Origin: an uncultured bacterium
Lineage (GTDB): Bacteria > Patescibacteriota > Minisyncoccia > Phycocordibacterales > PALSA-1337
Assembly: GCA_903846945.1 (NCBI GenBank)
Contig: CAINCE010000040.1
Location: 1-37,385, forward strand
Direction: 5' to 3'
Length of the DNA: 37,385 nucleotides
The notes below the pieces were generated by a model. The model saw only the letters and a program-made list of their open reading frames with translations. It was not told where the DNA came from and made no database searches. A program made the position numbers and the translations under genes. Every line of letters begins with the position of its first letter. Position 1 is the first letter of the stretch. This document shows positions 34,716 through 37,385 of the stretch, piece by piece.

Positions 34716-36593
34716 TTATCGTTTTACCTGCCCCTTCAACCACTTCCTATATTTCTTATCCATATCCTCAAAACTCTTGGAATTGTCAGCAATCTTTTTC
34801 TTTCCATGAACCATGAAGATCTTTGCCCCGAGGTCGATCGGACCAGTATGCATGGGGACTTTTTTTAGCCTCTCTATCTTCTTTTTTGCATTTTCCAAGA
34901 TCTTTTCCAATGGTGCAGTAACCGAACGGATGAATGCGTCGGCACTGAGCGGTTTTCCTGTTGCCATCTTTATGAGTTTCTTTGCCGGATATAGAGATGC
35001 GTATGACCAAATTTTGGTCATCTCTTTGCCAACTTTCGGATTGTCGACGATGTAACCATATTTCTTGAAGAAATATTCGCGCCACTGCGATACGGTGAGA
35101 TCTGCCATACCATAACCATGATAGTACGCCGAACTTTCCCAAGAATATATATGTGGCGTATTCAGGATCGATATAGAATCGTCGGATTTATCAGAATATT
35201 TCTTGAACATTTTCCTAGCTATACCCAAGACGACTTCTCTCGACAGGTTCTTGTGCTCATAAATCTCCTTTTCAAATTGGACAACAAAGCTGACATGCAT
35301 CATGCCCAAAGGTCGTAGAGGAAATACTTTTTTCATTTTTCGCTCAAATATATCAAATGGATATCTATTCCCTTTATCATCATGAGCGTATCTAGTTCGC
35401 CATTCTATACTACTCGAAATAGTGTCCATGAACATGCTATGTGTCTCTGCCCAAGAAACCGTATCAGGTGGATACTCATGATTGATACAGACATCTTCTT
35501 GCGTAGAATTCAACCTATCAGCCGCGTGTCCAGCCTCATGAAATACAGTACGGATCCCATTCACTCCTGCACCTACCTGACCAGGAATTGCATTCGAAGA
35601 AAATCCGCTAGATCCAGGAATCTTCTTGCCATTTATATAACTGACCAATATCGGATAATGACAAAATCCATTGTTATATTTTCCTTTACGATCCAATAAG
35701 TCCACCTTCAATGTTCCTTTTTGATAATCGATCCCGAGAGCGGCAAAAGACCTGCCCCAATATGACAACACTTCCTCAAATTGAAAATACGGATCTTCTT
35801 CTTTGGTAAAGTTACCTGTCAGCATATAGGAAAAGTTCCAAGGTTTCCTCAAACCCACCTTACCCTCCTTAGCAAATCTCTTCTCGAGGTCTCGAACATT
35901 CAAAAATACATATTTGGTCTTCTCATATATACGATCAAAGATATCAAATATCTCTGATTTTTCCATATCTTCGTCAATCCGAGCTTTGTACGCATAGAAG
36001 TCAGAAAAACCTAGTATTCGTGAGAACTCATTTCGTAATTTTACAATTTCTATATAGTCATCCAATGTATCTAGAGGCAATTTCTCCAGGGCATCAAAAC
36101 ACGCCTTTCTCACTGCTTCGTCAGGATTCGTTCTCATCATCACATGCATCTTATTCTCCGACGCCTCGATGAACTTGCCAGTTTTCGGGTCGAGATAACC
36201 TTCCTTGCGAGTAGTTCTAACCTTCATCACTCTTGCTTCCAGAGCATTCACATCATCCTTTATTTTGAAAGCCTCCGGCGGTGTCTGATACAAGCTGAAA
36301 AAATGATCCCAAGTCTTTAATCGACTCTTCAATTTACCTTTTGACTGTTTCAAACACGACTGAACTTCCTTCCGCAGTTCCACATTTGCACGAAAAGCAT
36401 CTCTCTTCTTTTGTGCTTCATTCATTTTATTATCAACACTATGATCTCCCATGTAAGACAACCAGAAAGCATCCTCAAATGCCGTATGAAGTTTGGGGTA
36501 TGCAGTGTTTAGATAGTCCAATAATTGAATAGCTGTGCGAGTTTTCGCCGTCGGATTCTTCAATTTACTAATTGATTTATTTGAATTCTTCAT
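34716..36593 (-). CDS. M3 family oligopeptidase
   Basis: DLLDRKGKY.NGF, TVFHEAGHA (HExxH), downstream AETHSMF, YY.GY. Confidence 0.88.
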   Translation of the reverse strand: MKNSNKSISKLKNPTAKTRTAIQLLDYLNTAYPKLHTAFEDAFWLSYMGDHSVDNKMNEAQKKRDAFRANVELRKEVQSCLKQSKGKLKSRLKTWDHFFSLYQTPPEAFKIKDDVNALEARVMKVRTTRKEGYLDPKTGKFIEASENKMHVMMRTNPDEAVRKACFDALEKLPLDTLDDYIEIVKLRNEFSRILGFSDFYAYKARIDEDMEKSEIFDIFDRIYEKTKYVFLNVRDLEKRFAKEGKVGLRKPWNFSYMLTGNFTKEEDPYFQFEEVLSYWGRSFAALGIDYQKGTLKVDLLDRKGKYNNGFCHYPILVSYINGKKIPGSSGFSSNAIPGQVGAGVNGIRTVFHEAGHAADRLNSTQEDVCINHEYPPDTVSWAETHSMFMDTISSSIEWRTRYAHDDKGNRYPFDIFERKMKKVFPLRPLGMMHVSFVVQFEKEIYEHKNLSREVVLGIARKMFKKYSDKSDDSISILNTPHIYSWESSAYYHGYGMADLTVSQWREYFFKKYGYIVDNPKVGKEMTKIWSYASLYPAKKLIKMATGKPLSADAFIRSVTAPLEKILENAKKKIERLKKVPMHTGPIDLGAKIFMVHGKKKIADNSKSFEDMDKKYRKWLKGQVKR

Positions 36594-36624
36594 AGACCAA
36601 TTCTACACAAATAGCAGATAAAGG

Positions 36625-37272
36625 CTAGTAAGGTTCCACCTCGCTAACCAACCACTTCTTCAACACCTCAAAGTCTTTCTTTAATGTGTCTCGCATACCA
36701 CCGTTATAGAGTGCCGCTGCAGGATGATACAGAGTCACTACAGTCACTGGTTGTGGTGTGTTAGTTTCATCAAAATAGACTGTCTCGAAAGTCTTGCCGT
36801 GTATCTTGCTGATTGCATCCAATTCCGAGTCGAGGTCATACCTGGGCAAAACGTACCCCATGCTATGTCGACCCAGAGTTACGATGACTTTCGGCCGGAT
36901 AATTTGTACCTGCATATCTAGAAATGGTGAGTAGAGCGCGATTTCCTCCGGCGTCGGGTCCCGATTCTCTGGTGGTCGGTCTTTCACAATGTTTGTGATG
37001 TAAACCTGCTCGCGCGTGAGACCGATGGACTCGAGTAATACCGACAAAAACTTCCCCGCCGCTCCACAAAATGGCTTACCGGTCATCGCCTCTGTTTTTC
37101 CAGGTGCCTCACCGACGAATAATATTTTAGCATCGATGCTTCCCTCACCTATAACTGGAAAGTATTTGTTATCTGTGCGGTATTCGAAAAGTGGAGACGC
37201 GCGGAAATCCAACAACTCATCGCTAACTTTCTGCATTTTGTCGTGTTTTCCTAGATTTTCTTGACTTTTCAT
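36625..37272 (-). CDS. Uracil-DNA glycosylase, family 4
   Basis: VGEAPG..E..TGKPF.G.AG, YITNIVKDRPPENRDP, LYHPAAALY. Confidence 0.93.
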   Translation of the reverse strand: MKSQENLGKHDKMQKVSDELLDFRASPLFEYRTDNKYFPVIGEGSIDAKILFVGEAPGKTEAMTGKPFCGAAGKFLSVLLESIGLTREQVYITNIVKDRPPENRDPTPEEIALYSPFLDMQVQIIRPKVIVTLGRHSMGYVLPRYDLDSELDAISKIHGKTFETVYFDETNTPQPVTVVTLYHPAAALYNGGMRDTLKKDFEVLKKWLVSEVEPY

Positions 37273-37296
37273 AAAATTGTTGATGTTCCAAAATTT

Positions 37297-37385
<89 letters not shown>

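Overview
Chromosomal window from a small-genome bacterium, most likely Patescibacteria/CPR (Parcubacteria-like). This is an inference from the truncated AlaRS and PheRS, the PrsW-Hsp20 pair, the degenerate FtsA-like gene and scarce Shine-Dalgarno sites. TGA is used as a stop, so code 11 applies. Left end: a structured element ending in a tRNA 3' fragment, then a hicB-hicA pair, a pRiA4b ORF-3 family gene and an NYN nuclease. Middle: tsaD, two secreted proteins, prsW, hsp20, gyrB, a Cys-rich orphan, an orphan ParA, pheT/pheS, a class B PBP and a 2629-aa modular surface protein with four beta-helix cassettes. Right: the infA-rpmJ-rpsM-rpsK-rpsD-rpoA-rplQ-rplM-rpsI operon, a membrane protein paired with a degenerate actin-fold protein, alaS, an M3 peptidase and a family-4 UDG, ending in a perfect (TAGCCAC)n array. 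The most notable unexplained structure is a set of 7-9 bp tandem micro-repeats, often arranged as inverted arms, plus a short GC palindrome. They fill intergenic spacers and the same families occur in-frame inside essential proteins (PheT, PheS, GyrB, possibly AlaRS). Other leads are the cassette architecture of the giant protein, a candidate small RNA convergent on the NYN gene and widespread leaderless-type starts. All calls come from reading motifs by eye; no searches were run.
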